NCBI GenBank assembly: GCA_038087875.1
Contig: CM075989.1
Span: forward strand, 13,828,001-13,892,000
Length of the DNA: 64,000 nt
DNA from: Malacoraja senta
Lineage: Eukaryota
Direction of reading: 5' to 3'
Positions 50,600 to 64,000 of the stretch are shown in pieces. A model generated the notes under the pieces. That model did not search any database. It was not told the DNA's origin and worked only from the letters and a program-made list of their open reading frames with translations. The position numbers were made by a program, and so were the translations under genes. Within the stretch, counting starts at the first letter, position 1. The number at the start of each line of letters is the position of its first letter.

Positions 50600-52051
50600 T
50601 ACAACATAGATTAATGATTTGGACGAGGGAATTGAATGCAACATCTCCAAGTTTGCGGATGACACGAAGCTGGGGGGCAGTGTTAGTTGTGAGGAGGATG
50701 CTAGGAGGCTGCAAGGTGACTTGGATAGGCTAGGTGAGTGGGCAAATGCATGGCAGATGTAGTATAATATGGATAAATGTGAGGTTATCCACTTTGGTGG
50801 CAAAAACAGGAAAGTAGACTATTATCGGAATGGTGGCCGATTAGGAAAAGGGGAGATGCAACGAGACCTGGGTGTCATGGTACACCAGTCATTGAAAGTA
50901 GGCATGCAGGTGCAGCAGGCAGTGAAGAAAGCGAATGGTATGTTAGCATTCATAGCAAAAGGATTTGAGTATAGGAGCAGGGAGGTTCTACTGCAGTTGT
51001 ACAGGGTCTTGGTGAGACCACACCTGGAGTATTGCGTACAGTTTTGGTCTCCAAATCTGAGGAAAGACATTCTTGCCATAGAGGGAGTACAGAGAAGGTT
51101 CACCAGACTGATTCCTGGGATGTCAGGACTCTCATATGAAGAAAGACTGGATAGACTCGGCTTGTACTCACTAGAATTTAGAAGATTGAGGGGGGATCTT
51201 ATAGAAACTTACAAAATTCTTAAGGGGTTGGACAGGCTAGATGCAGGAAGATTGTTCCCAATGTTGGGGAAGTCCAGGACAAGGGGTCACAGTTTAAGGA
51301 TAAAGGGGAAATCTTTTAGGACCGAGATGAGAAAAACATTTTTCACACAGAGAGTGGTGAATCTCTGGAATTCTCTGCCACAGAAGGTAGATACATAGAT
51401 GCATAGAAAATAGGTGCAGAAGTAGACCATTCGGCCCTTCGAGCCTGCACCGTCATTCAATATGATCATGGCTGATCATCCAACTCAGTATCCCGTACCT
51501 GCCTTCTCTCCATACCCCCTGATCCCTTTAGCCACGAGGGCCACATCTAACTCCCTCTTAAATATAGCCAATGAACTGGCCTCAACTACCCTCTGTGGCA
51601 GAGAGTTCCAGAGATTCACCACTCTCTGTGTGAAAAAGTTTTTTCTCATCTCGGTCTTAAAGGGTTTCCCCCTTATCCTTAAGCTGTGACCCCTTGTCCT
51701 GGACTTCCCCAAAATCGGGAACAATCTTCCTGCATCTAGCCTGTCCAACCCCATAAGAATTTTGTACGTTTCTATAAGATCCCCTCTCAATCTCCTAAAT
51801 TCTAGCGAGTATAAGCCAAGTCTATCCAGTCTTTCTTCATATGAATGGTAGTTGAGGCCAGTTCATTGGCTATATTTAAGAGGGAGTTAGATGTGGCCCT
51901 TGTGGCTAAAGGGATCAGGGGGTATGGAAAGAAGGCAGGTACAGGATACTGAGTTGGATGATCAGTAAATGATCATATTGAATGGCGGTGCAGGCTCGAA
52001 GGGCCAAATGGCCTACTTCTGCACCTATTTTCTATGTTACTATGTTTCTAT
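50600..52051 (+). mobile_element. Young CR1 LINE, 5'-truncated, split by an antisense CR1
   Basis: KFADDTKL...LVRPHLEYCVQFWSP ORF 50769-51398; resumes at 51847; CTATGTTT tail; probable GTTT TSD (50596-50599, 52052-52055). Confidence 0.92.
51391..51846 (-). mobile_element. Young CR1 3' fragment inserted antisense into the CR1 above
   Basis: ORF 51485-51790; octamer tail; GGTAG duplicated at 51386-51390 and 51847-51851. Confidence 0.9.
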
Positions 52052-55000
52052 GTTTGCCCAAGTTAAATTCCATCGGCCATTCCTGGGTCCATTCCTCCAG
52101 TTTCTTTTGTAATCTTAGATAACCTTTTTCTCAGTCCACTACACCACCAATTTTGGTGTCATCTGCAAACTTACTGAGGTGCTTTCAGATGAGCCCTTCC
52201 ACAGTCAATATTCAGTCAAGAGTTGTGAAGATAAACACAAGTCTAGATGGTTGAGCTGCCTAATTTGCACTATATCCTCGTGGGAGGTTTACAACAAAGG
52301 ATGTGGATTGGAATTTGTTCAGCAAGTGGCAGCAAGACGTTTCACTTTGAAGATTTGCTTTTGCTTGTAAAAAGTGAATTTGTGATTTTGTTTTAAATGG
52401 ATCATCACTAACAGACTATTCTTGAAAGAGACCCAGGAGAGTATGGTTTGCTCTGCATTACCTTTACACCTCTGCATCACAATGCATTCAGGAGAGGACT
52501 CATTCTACGAGGTTATATGGTGAACAAATCATTCCGGCTTTTTTTAGCTTTAATTTCAAACAGCAACCCAAAGAAAGGTTTTAAAAAGAAATCAATATTT
52601 TGTTTTGATAATAAATTATCCCAAATTACTTATTTTGTCACTGACTCACACCAGCATAAATGGATGACTTTTACATCAGGCACCTTTCTGACATTAGGGA
52701 GGTGTCTACATACTCATAGAAATCTGGCTCACTGTCCAAAGGGTTCACTAGTTGAATGGACATAATATTGGTCTAGCAATGCAAAGGTAGAAAGTTCAAT
52801 TTCAAATTCCTAATCACATAAGTGCTGAAATTTAAAGATCATAATTTGGCAAATTGGCAAACAAAAAATGGATGACGATGAAAACTTTCAATTTACGCTA
52901 AAACCAAATTAATGTAGTATGAAGGAATATGACAGGTGGCTTTCAATAAGAGTTTGGAGGAGGTGAGAAATGACTCAATTATCACCTTTCCAAGGCATTG
53001 CCATGGAAGTGTTTGGTTTAAGGAAGTCAGTAACAGCTTGTGAAACATTCATTAGTTAGAATCAGAGTCAGAGAGTCATACATTGCAGAAACAGGTTCTT
53101 TAGCCCAACTTGCCCATGCCAACCAAGATACCCCATCTAAGCTAGTTCCACCTTCTGGAGTTTGGCCCATATCTCTCTAAACCATTCTTGTCCATATACC
53201 CGTCCAAATGTCTTTTAACTGTTGTTATAGTACCTGCCTCAATTACCACCTCTGGCAGCTTCTTCCATATCCCATCACCCTCTGTGTGAAAAAGGTGTCC
53301 CTCAGGTTCCTATTAAAACTTTTCCCCTCTCACCTTAAACTTACGTCCTCTGGTTTTTGATTCCTCTACTCTGGGTATTGGGATTGCATTCATCCAATCT
53401 AACTGCCTCATGATTTTACACACCTCTATAAGATCACCCTCAGTCTCCAGCTCTCCAATGAATAAAGTTCTAACTTGCCCAATCTCTCCTTATAGCTCAG
53501 GCCCTCAAGTTCTGACAACACCCTCGTAAATCTTCTCTGCACCCTTTCCTGCTTAGCAAGACCTTTCCTATGCAGGGTGACCAAAATTGAACACTGTACT
53601 CCAAATATGTTCTCCCTTGTCCATTTTCCCATTCCCAGCAACTACACCAGTTCTTGCAGCATTTTCCCTTACAACTGCAGGCAACACACCATCTGTTCTT
53701 CCATCTCTTCCCTTCCAACATCTAGGAACCCAAACTGTCTTTCCAGGTGAAGCAGTAATTCACTTGCTCTTCTTCCAATCTAGTGTGAGCAGGGATGAAT
53801 GATTCTGAGAAATCAAATTACCGTCCCATCTTCCACCTCAGTACGGGGGCAGCCTTCTGGAGTACTACACCTTGAGATAACTTGATTTCTGTCTTTATCA
53901 GTTATCTATCTGCGGTGCGGCCTCGGTTGTTAAAAAAACGGAACTGCAGATGCTGGTTTGCAAAAGAAGACGCAGAGTGCTGGAGGAGCTCAATGGCTCT
54001 GGCAGCATCTCAGAAGGACATGGATAGGTGATGTTTCAGTTGGGACCTTTCATCAGACTTCTTCTGAAGGGGCTCCATCCAAACGTCACCTATCCATGTT
54101 CTCCTGAGATGTTGTCTGATCCACTGAGTTACGACAGCACTGTGTCTTTCTACATTGCTTGGTTTGTTTGTTTTCTTCCCCTTTCATCTCTCTGATAGAG
54201 GAGGATATGTCAATGACTCATTGACTAGATAATCTTATCAGAGACCATTCGCTTGCCCTACTTGCCCTGCACCTTAACAATCCATGTTTGTCTCTTTCCT
54301 AATTCTGACAAAGGATCTCCAATCTGAAACTTGGACAGATGCAACCTAACCTGCTGAGCATTTCCTGTATTATGTGCTTTCATTTTAGATTTCCCTCATC
54401 TGCACTCCTTTGACTGGGGACGAGAAATGGTCAATAAATCCAACCCACACCATAGTTGGAGAGAAAAAAAATCAGACATTGGTGATTTAAATTGTTTTTT
54501 ATATCCGAGACTACAGAAATGCAAAATTGTAAGTCAAATTGATTACCCGTTATAAAGTATTAATAGCACTGAAAGTGCACTAAACATTGAAAGACAAGAG
54601 CTTCATTTGATTAATTGACATGTGATATAATTTATTTTATTGTCCACTGCATGGATCCAGACAAACTGATGTTTGACATGCTTATTGATCTGTAATAATG
54701 TATTATGACCAAGGCAGTCATAATTCCAGAACTTGGTGTTGGCTGAAAGTTAACATTTATTTTGCTCTTCTCTCAGCGGCCTCTACGAGGTGGAGGAGAG
54801 AATTATTGCACCCTTGTACGTTGGCAACCCGTGGCCCATGGGGTACCACATGAATTAGCTCTGCAACCACAACGGTTTGCAAATGTATATCAATGATTCG
54901 GAGGAAGGGGAATGCCAATAATTGGATGTTTGTTTGGCAAATGGCATAAAATTAGGCGAGAAGGCAAGGGGAAGGGGAACATACTAAGTAAGACGAGTGG

Positions 55001-55444
55001 CAAAAGTGTGGAAAATATCGTCTGATGTGGGAAAATGGGAGTAATTTATTTTGAAAGAGCACATTTTTTGGAAGAGAGATTTAAAGAAAGCAGAAGCATT
55101 AAGGGATCCGAGGTGCCAAATACAGGAATCACCAGAAAGTTAAAATACATTTCGGAAGGTTGATGGAATGATCTTGAAACATATGAGATTCTTAGGGGAC
55201 CTGATAGGGCAAATACAGAGGGTGTTTCTTCACATGGGAGAGTCCAACGACAGAGGGCATATTAATATGCTGTATTTACCTGTTCAATATTTAAGTAATC
55301 ATTTCTGTAATCAAAGAGATTAAACTTTGAAGAACAGATATTTTTTAATTCAGATTTGCTATGGTGACACTACAATAAAGAAATGATCTTGGAAGTAGCA
55401 GATGGCAACTAGATGAGTACATATAGGTTGGTTACCATTAATAT

Positions 55445-55836
55445 TGCCTGCAGCTCAGTTGATAGTACAGCTGTTTCCAAGTCAAGAGGATGTTGGTTCA
55501 GGACCCAGATGAGGCTCTGGAGCAGAAAAATCTAAACTCCAGTGAAACTGAGTGATTGCTGCAATGTGGGAGGAGCTGTCTTTATTATGATTTATTAATA
55601 TGCTCGTTCTCATATAGATCCCACGACTGTACTTTGAAGAACAAGATAGTAACCCAACTAATAATTAGCCCACATCCTTAAGTAGACTACATAGTTACTG
55701 CTGCCAGTGGGAAATTGTTGTTCCCATCAGCCATAATCCTCCAATACAATGTGACTACACCTAAAATTCCTTTTAATTGGCTGTAAAACCCTTTGGATCA
55801 CCTCGTGTGAAAGGTGCATTGTGAATGTGTGCCTTT
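55445..55836 (+). mobile_element. Ancient tRNA-derived Deu-domain SINE (SacSINE1-like)
   Basis: Degenerate tRNA head (AGCTCAGTTGATAG...GGTTCA), Deu-like middle, L2-type tail ATTGGCTGTAAA...GTGAAAGGTGC. Confidence 0.6.
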
Positions 55837-58800
55837 AGTACTCATGTTAAGAGGTCAGTTACTAAATGGCTGCAAATATCAAAAATATCTGTGTCTTCTA
55901 GTCTAAGCTGGAATCACTGAGGAAGGAGCAAAAGGGTTAGGTGTCGTGTTGACAAACGGTTTCAGGCCTGAGACACAAGAGGCTGCAGATACTGGAACCT
56001 TGTGCAAAGAAGAAACTTCTGGAGGAACTCAGTGAATGTGTGGAGGGAGATGGACGGAAGTCTGAACAAGGAACCAAACCTAAAATGTTGTCTGACTATT
56101 TCCTTCCACAGATGCTGTCTGACCTTCTGAGTTCCTCCTGGAGTTTATCTGTTTTTGACAAAGTTCAGCCTGGTCAAAGGTTCGCCCCTTTCTCCTGCAG
56201 AAGGTGATGGAAGTCAAACAAATTCACAATTTGCAGTTGGAGATGTTTGGAAACAGTGGAGCTGAAACTTTCAGCAATCTGCGAATGCAACAAGCCTGCC
56301 AGCGATTGAAACTGGTACGTGGGCACTCTAAATGGGTCCGAAACTCCAGAAACATATTTCCAAACTAATTTGGGAGGAAAATCAATTTTAGTGCAACCTT
56401 GCTAACAAAGAAGGCATAAGGTTTAGCCATGCTGAGGCAGCACCTGGAGCATTGTGTATATTAATCATCTTGTCTAAAAAAAACACATATACTTGCCACA
56501 GAGGGAGTGTGACAATGATTCTGTGGAACAGTTCCATATTTTCGAGCTCTATTGGACCTCAATGTCGACAGGTATTTAGAATGGGTATTCAGTTCAATAC
56601 TGCTCGGAATTGTTGTTGAACTTCAGTGAATGCAATATTCCCTGAAGTCTATTCTTCTGCTTTTAGTGACCCTCTTACCCCGCCTCAATTCTCAATAGGC
56701 AGTGGAGTGTTGTCCACTATCTAGGAGAGCCATCTACATATTGCTTGAGAAAACTATCCTGGACACAGTTTGAATAAGTTCCTCCACATACAAAGTCCTT
56801 AGCACCATTGCAGTCCCAGTGCATAAGTCAATATGAGGGATGTTAAAATCATTTACTATTGCAACCTTATTATTTGAACACCTCTCTGTGATGTCCATAT
56901 TTACTCCTCTAATTCCTGCCCCTCCTCTACATCCCTCGTGTAGCATCTGTACCGCAGAACATTGAGCGGCAGTGCAGTCCACCCCTTAACCACATTCCTT
57001 CATGGCGATAATATCCCAATCTCATATACCGACCCATGCCTTGAGTTCATCTTCCTTACCTGTCAGCCTTCTTTCATTGAAATAAATCTAGTTCAGTCCA
57101 TCAGATTTTCCTCACTCACTATCTTGTACCTGACTACTGAAGTTATTTTCTTTAACTTCCATATTTGCCTCAACTTTCTCACCTGCCACACTACTGCCCT
57201 GAATCTCACCCTCTGGTACTATGGAGGTAACACACCATTCTGGAGTCTTGCACAATCAACAGTGAATGTGGATGGTTGGAGCAAAGGCAAAGTTCTACTA
57301 ACCACATCCTTGTGGCGGGTGAAGTGGCAATCTGACATCCCTCAAGTTCACTCTCTCGTTTCAAAAGAAGTTTAACTAAAGAGGGGCAAGACAAGAATTC
57401 CATACAAACCATACTTTCTGAGAACGGGTCTTCGACCTAAAGCGCTGACTCTGTTTCTCTCTTCACAGATGCAGCCGAACTTGCTGACTATTTTCAGCAT
57501 TATCTGTGTTTATTCCGTTGTGCTGCAGCAAGCATGAATTTCATTGTCCTATCTGGGACACATGACAATAAACTCTCTTGACTTAATTAAATGCCCAAAA
57601 TATTTTCAAAATATTTTTATTGCTGCTATATTCAGTATCACTAGTTTGCAGTAATTGAATTAGTTAAACTTTATTTCTAGGAGATTACAACACATGTTTT
57701 GTGGGTTATATTTGTTTGTAATCCATTGCCTTTTGACACTGGCGAGTCAGGTGGACAGGGTGGTGAAGAAGGCTTTTGGAACACTTGACTTCATTGGGAA
57801 GGATATCAAGTACAGATGTTGGGATATCATGATGAAGCTATCTAGAAATATTGGTGAGACACAATTGAAGTATTGTGTGAAGTATTATTATTCTGGTCAC
57901 CCAGAGATATGAAGGATGACATTAAGTTGGAAAGGGTGCAAAAGAGATTCACCAAGATATTACAAAGTTTGGGCCTTGATTTATAGAGAGAGGCTGAATA
58001 GGCTTGGGTTTTTCTTTTGGAGCGTAGTAGACTGAGCAGTGACCTTATTGAGGTGTACAAGATCATGAGAGACATGGGTAAAGTGAGCACTCACAGTCTT
58101 TTTCCCAGGGTAGAGGATACTAATAGCATCTCTTTGCTCCAACAGTTTAATTGGTGATTAAAATCAACCCTACTTCTTTCTTGGCTACATTGTCTCCTCT
58201 TATTCATCAGTCAACAATTTAACTCGGCTGTCATCAATAGATCTAAAACTGTACTATCTCGCTGTTATGGAGACACAAGGGGCAACAAATGATGGAATCT
58301 TGAGCAAAAAGGAAGCTGCTGGAGAGACTCAGCTGGTCAGACAGCATCTGTGGAGGGAATCGGGGCTGATGACGTTTCTGGTTGGATCCCTCTTGAGACC
58401 GGGAGAAGGGTTCCGATCTGAACCGTCGTGTCCATTTCCCTCCACGGATGCTGCCAGACCCACTGAGTTCCTCCAGCATTTGTTTTCTACTCCTCTGTTC
58501 TATAGTCAATGGTGTACCTCAGTTTTTTAAAAAACAGATTTCCCCCCCATCTTTTGTACAGGCTATGATTGTGTGTGTGTGTGATTGAAAGTTGTCCGGA
58601 TATGCATAACTCTGCACTTACATTTAGTCCTCAACTGCAAAATAAACAGGTGTCCTGTAGCTCATTCTTAATTTGCTAATGAGAAAGAAACTCTTGCACG
58701 TCAGCATGAAAGGAATGACCAACACACACTAAATATATATTCAGTATCATGAATGATGGATGAAGAGGCAGATAGTAGTGACTCACTGGAGCTAATCTAC

Positions 58801-60384
58801 TTCCTATGAGCCTTTGTAGATTTCTCTGACAGGTTGGGCCCAATGCCAGAAATAACTGTGCGCATACAGACTTCGGATGAATCCATACTTTCAAATGATA
58901 AATCTTACTTTTCAGCACAAAACACAGGAATAAAGAAACAGAATATAACATTTATTTACTGAACCAATTTTAAATATGCATTGAATGCTCAAAGGCATCA
59001 ATAGGAATTTTAATTACAAAATTATGACAACATGGATCAATTATTCGTGCCTCTCCGATTATACAATCCATGTTTTTTCTTAATAAATGAGAATTTCATA
59101 GCAGAGAAACACGAGGCTAGATTCTTATCAATATGCTGTAAGTGTGTCAGAGTGGGATGTTTCAGTTTGAAAGTTCTTGTAACACTCCCTTCATGCCTTC
59201 AGTAACTACGTGAACAGGAACAAATTGATTTGAATGTTCTGATCTTCCTTTCAAATTGTTCCTGGCTTCATCCCACTTTACCCGAGTTATTACTTTCTGC
59301 TCCAAACTATCTTAATGCACCCGCTCCTCCTCGGATACAAGATTACCCCCTTGCCCTCAACTACCACTTTTCCATCCTTGCTCCTCATTCATTCAGCTAC
59401 TTTTCCCTGTCAGAGTGATACAGTGTGGAAACAGGCCCTTGGCCCAACTTGCCCACACGGACCAACATGTCCCAGCTATACTAGTCCGACCTGCCTGCGT
59501 TTGGTCCATATCCCTCCAAACCTGTCCTATCCATGTACCTGTCTAACTGTTTTTAAACATTTGGATAGTCCCAGCCTCAACTACCTCCTCTGGCACCTTT
59601 GTGTGAAAAAATTACCCCTCAGATTCCTATTAAATCTTTTCCCCTTCATCTTAAACCTATGTCCTCTGGTCCTCGATTCACCTACTCTGGGCAAGAGACT
59701 CTGCATTTACCCGATCTATTCTTCTCATGAGGAATAGAGAATATATATCAACTCATGAGGAGTAGATAAGTAATGCTTCTTGTAGCAAGAGGAAAGTGCA
59801 GAACTTTGTTCTAGTTTCCAGTTGAATGATTATTTGTAACAAAGTAAAACTGGTTGAGTGTTCAATTATTTATCAGGTTTATTGACATCCAGACATTGAA
59901 ATCAAAATGAAAACTTTTGTAGATAAAGGGACCAAGAATAGAAGGGAGTCTTTGCAGAGACCCTCAACAAAGTAAACAATATTTATTTATCACATTTAGA
60001 CAATATTCTTAAATAGTTGAACAAAATCTTTAAAAAGGTTCACGCTCTCTAGTGCTTTGATGGTTTGTACCGAACAGAATATTTGCCTTCGAAGATTTGT
60101 GTTGTTCAAGATACAGACTAGGATTTTGAACAGAAAGTCTGCCCACATTTTGGCAATTCGACATAAAATAGGGCTGCAGCAATAAATGCATATTGGGAAT
60201 TAAATAGAAAATAGAACATTGAATGAGGAACAGTATAGCACAGCAATGGGCTCTTTGGCCCACTATATCTATGCCAATGATGACCATTTAAACTGCCCAT
60301 TTACCTGCATATGATTTGTATCCCTACATCTACTGTGTGCTACTTTCAAGGAACTATGGATCCCTTTGTCTCAAGATCCCCATG

Positions 60385-63300
60385 TACATAGATACATAGA
60401 TACATAGAAAATAGGTGCAGGAGTAGGCCATTCGGCCCTTCGAGCCTGCACCGCCATTCAATATGATCATGGCTGATCATCCAACTCAGTATCCCGTACC
60501 TGCCTTCTCTCCATACCCCCTGATCCCCTTAGCCACAAGGGCCACATCTAACTCCCTCTTAAATATAGCCAATGAACTAGCCTCAACTACCCTCTGTGGC
60601 AGAGAGTTCCAGAGATTCACCACTCTCTCTGTGAAAAAGTTTTTCCTCATCTCGGTCTTAAAGGATTTCCCCTTATCCTTAAGCTGTGACCCCTTGTCCT
60701 GGACTTCCCCAACATCGGGAACAATCTTCCTGCATCTAGCCTGTCCAACCCCATAAGAATTTTGTACGTTTCTATAAGATCCCCTCTCAATCTCCTAGAT
60801 TCTAGCGAGTATAAGCCAAGTCTATCCAGTCTTTCTTCATATGAAAGTCCTGACATCCCAGGAATCAGTCTGGTGAACCTTCTCTGCACTCCCTCTATGG
60901 CTATAATGTCCTTCCGCAGATTTGGAGACCAAAACTGTACGCAATACTCCAGGTGTGGTCTCACCAAGACCCTGTACAACTGCAGTAGAACCTCCCTGCT
61001 CCTATACTCAAATCCTCTTGCTATGAAGGCCAACATACCATTCGCTTTTCTTCACTGCCTGCTGCACCTGCATGCCTACTTTCAATGACTGGTGTACCAT
61101 GACACCCAGGTCTCGCTGCATCTCCCCATTTCCTAATCGGCCACCATTTAGATAATAGTCTGCCTTCCCGTTTTTGCCACCAAAGTGGATAACCTCACAT
61201 TTATCCACATTATACTGCATCTGCCAAACATTTGCCCACTCACCCAGCCTATCCAAGTCACCTTGCAGTCTCCTAGCATCCTCCTCACAGCTAACACTGC
61301 CCCCCAACTTAGTGTCATCCGCAAACTTGGAGATGTTGCTTTCAATTCCCTCGTCCAGATCATTAATATAAATTGTAAATAGCTGGGGTCCCAGCACTGA
61401 GCCTTGCGGTACCCCACTAGTCACTGCCTGCCATTGTGAAAAGGACCCGTTTACTCCTACTCTTTGCTTCCTGTTTGCCAGCCAGTTCTCTATCCACATC
61501 AATACTGAACCCCCAATACCGTGTGATTTAAGTTTGTATCCTAATCTCTTATGTGGTACCTTGTCGAAAGCCTTCTGAAAGTCCAGATACAACACATCCA
61601 CTGGTTCTCCCCTATCCACTCTACTAGTTACATCCTCGAAAAATTCTATAAGATTCGTCAGACACGATTTACCTTTCGTAAATCCATGCTGACTTTGTCC
61701 AATGATTTCACCACTTTCCAAATGTGCTGCTATCCCATCTTTAATAACTGACTCTAGCAGTTTCCCCACTACCGATGTTGGACTAACTGGTCTGTAATTC
61801 CCCGTTTTCTCTCTCCCTCCCTTCTTAAAAAGTGGGGTTACGTTTGCTACCCTCCAATCCTCAGGAACTACTCCAGAATCTAAAGAGTTTTGAAAAATTA
61901 TCACTATTGCATCCACTATTTCTGGAGCTACTTCCTTAAGTACTCTGGGATGCAGCCTATCTGGCCCTGGTGATTTATCGGCCTTTAATCCATTCAATTT
62001 ACCCAACACCACTTCCCGACTAACCTGGATTTCACTCAGTTCCTCCATCTCCTTTGACCCGCGGCCCCCTGCTATTTCCGGCAGATTATTTATGTCTTCC
62101 TTAGTAAAGACGGAACCAAAGTAGTTATTCAATTGGTCCGCCATATCCTTGTTCCCCATGATCAATTCACCTGTTTCTGACTGCAAGGGACCTACATTTG
62201 TTTTAACTAATCTCTTTCTCTTCACATATCTATAAAAACATTTGCAGTCAGTTTTTATGTTCCCTGCCAGTTTCCCTTCATAATCTATTTTCCCTTTCCT
62301 AATTAAGCCCTTTGTCCTCCTCTGCTTGTCTCTGAATTTCTCCCAGTCCTCTGGTATGCTGCTTTTTCTGGCTAATTTGTACGCATCATCTTTTGCTTTG
62401 ATACTATCCCTGATTTCCCTTGGTATCCACGGATGCACTACCTTCCCTGATTTATTCTTTTGCCAAACTGGGATGAACAATTTTTGTAGTTCATCCATGC
62501 AGTCTTTAAATGCCTTCCATTGCATATCCACCGTCAACCCTTTTAGAACTAATTGCCAGTCAATCTTGGCCAATTCACGTCTCATACCCTCAAAGTTACC
62601 TTTCTTTAAGTTCAGAACCGTTGTTTCTGAATTAACAATGTCACTCTCCATCCTAATGAAGAACTCAACCATATTATGGTCACTCTTGCCCAAGGGGGCA
62701 TGCACAACAAGACTGCTAACTAACCCTTCCTCATTACTCAATACCCAGTCTAGAATAGCCTGCTCTCTCGTTGGTTCCTCTACATGTTGGTTTAGATAAC
62801 TATCCCGCATACATTCCAAGAAATCCTCTTCCTCAGCACCCCTGCCAATTTGATTCACCCAATCTATATGTAGATTGATGTCACCCATTATAACTGTTTT
62901 GCCTTTGTTGCACGCATTTCTAATTTCCTGTTTGATGCCATCCCCAACTTCACTACTACTGCTAGGTGGCCTGTACACAACACCCACCAGCGTTTTCTGC
63001 CCCTTAGTGTTTCGCAGCTCTACCCATACCGATTCCACATCCTCCAAGCTAATGTCCTTCCTTTCCACTGCGTTAATCTCCTCTCTAACCAGCAACGCTA
63101 CCCCACCTCCTTTTCCTTTCTCTCTATCCCTCCTGAATATTGAATATCCCTGGAAGTTCAGCTCCCAGCCTTGGTCACCCTGGAGCCATGTCTCCGTGAT
63201 CCCAACTATATCATAATCATTAATTGCTATCTGCACGTTCAACTCATCCACCTTATTACGAATGCTCCTTGCATTGAGACACAAAGCCTTCAGGCTTTTT

Positions 63301-63778
63301 TTTACAATGCTCTTACCCCTTATACAATTATGTTGAAAAGTGGCTCTTTTTGATTTTTGCCCTGGATTTGTCTGCCTGCCACTTTTACTTTTCACCTTGC
63401 TACCTATTGCTTCTGCCCGCATTTTACACCCCTCTGTTTCTCTGCTCACCCATTTAAGAACCCCACCACCTCTTATTCTCTGTTTATTATTGTTTTCTTC
63501 TTTCCCCCCTACATGTTGGGTCTGAGTGCTTTCCTTCTCTGCCTCCTGCCTCACACACTGTCTAATAGCATTCTCTATTTGAGTCCCTCCCCCCAACCAT
63601 TCTAGTTTAAAGTCTCCACAGTAGCCTTTGCAGATCTCCCCACCAGGATATCGGTCCCCCTCAGGTTCAAGTGCAGCCCATCCTTTTTGTACAGGTCGAA
63701 CCTTCCACAAAAGAGGTCCCAATGATCCAGAAATTTGAATCCCTGCCTTCTGCACCAGTCCTCCCAAGGGTTTGACCA
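60385..63778 (-). mobile_element. CR1 LINE with ORF1 3' end and complete ORF2 (APE endonuclease + RT)
   Basis: ORF1 SGNH-like end DGLHLN (stop at 63602); ORF2 motifs LNARS, GITETW, VYRPP, SDH, KAFDKV, GVPQGSVLGP, FADD; 1-bp frameshifts near 61047 and 60670; octamer tail CATAGATA on the + strand. Confidence 0.96.
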
Positions 63779-64000
63779 TCTTACATTTAACATCCCAAAG
63801 TGCAGCACCTCACACTTATTTGAATTAAACACCATCTGCCATTGCTCTGCACATATTTCCAACTGGTCTATATCCACCTGTATTCTTTGACAACCTTCCT
63901 CACTATCTACAACTCTGCCAATTCTTATGTCATCTGCAAGCTTACTAATCAGCCCACCAACATTGTTTTCCTAATACACATCACGCCAAAGAGGTCCCAG

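Larger units (their letters stand above)
49530..52180 (-). mobile_element. Old CR1 fragment hosting nested younger insertions
   Basis: CR1 3' UTR and RT-end sequence continues across the inserts at 50178-50470 and 50600-52051. Confidence 0.75.

Overview
Vertebrate genomic DNA, most likely from a cartilaginous fish (skate/ray-like, inferred from V-SINE/HE1-type SINEs, abundant CR1 LINEs, Deu-domain SINEs and Penelope fragments). The window holds most of one protein-coding gene on the minus strand, an SHC adaptor best matching SHC4 (ShcD/RaLP). Eleven coding exons (2-12; 48945 down to the stop at 3507) have GT/AG ends and compatible phases and join into 413 codons plus stop (PTB, CH1, SH2). Exon 1 lies beyond the window. 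A repeat-free 3' UTR ends at a probable poly(A) site near 2260. The introns are dense with retroelements: a young L1 3' fragment with a 16-bp TSD, a decayed Mag-like Gypsy element with one LTR and a tRNA-Ser PBS, a near-complete CR1 ORF2, a CR1 inserted antisense into a CR1, Rex1/Babar and Penelope fragments, PIF/Harbinger MITEs and a 2.4-kb local duplication. Two signals stand out. First, a family of short Penelope-derived insertions carries a minimal hammerhead-ribozyme core, often as head-to-head palindromes. Second, a CpG-rich CORE-SINE resembles teleost AFC-like SINEs and is a horizontal-transfer candidate. Family assignments come from motif recall, not database searches.
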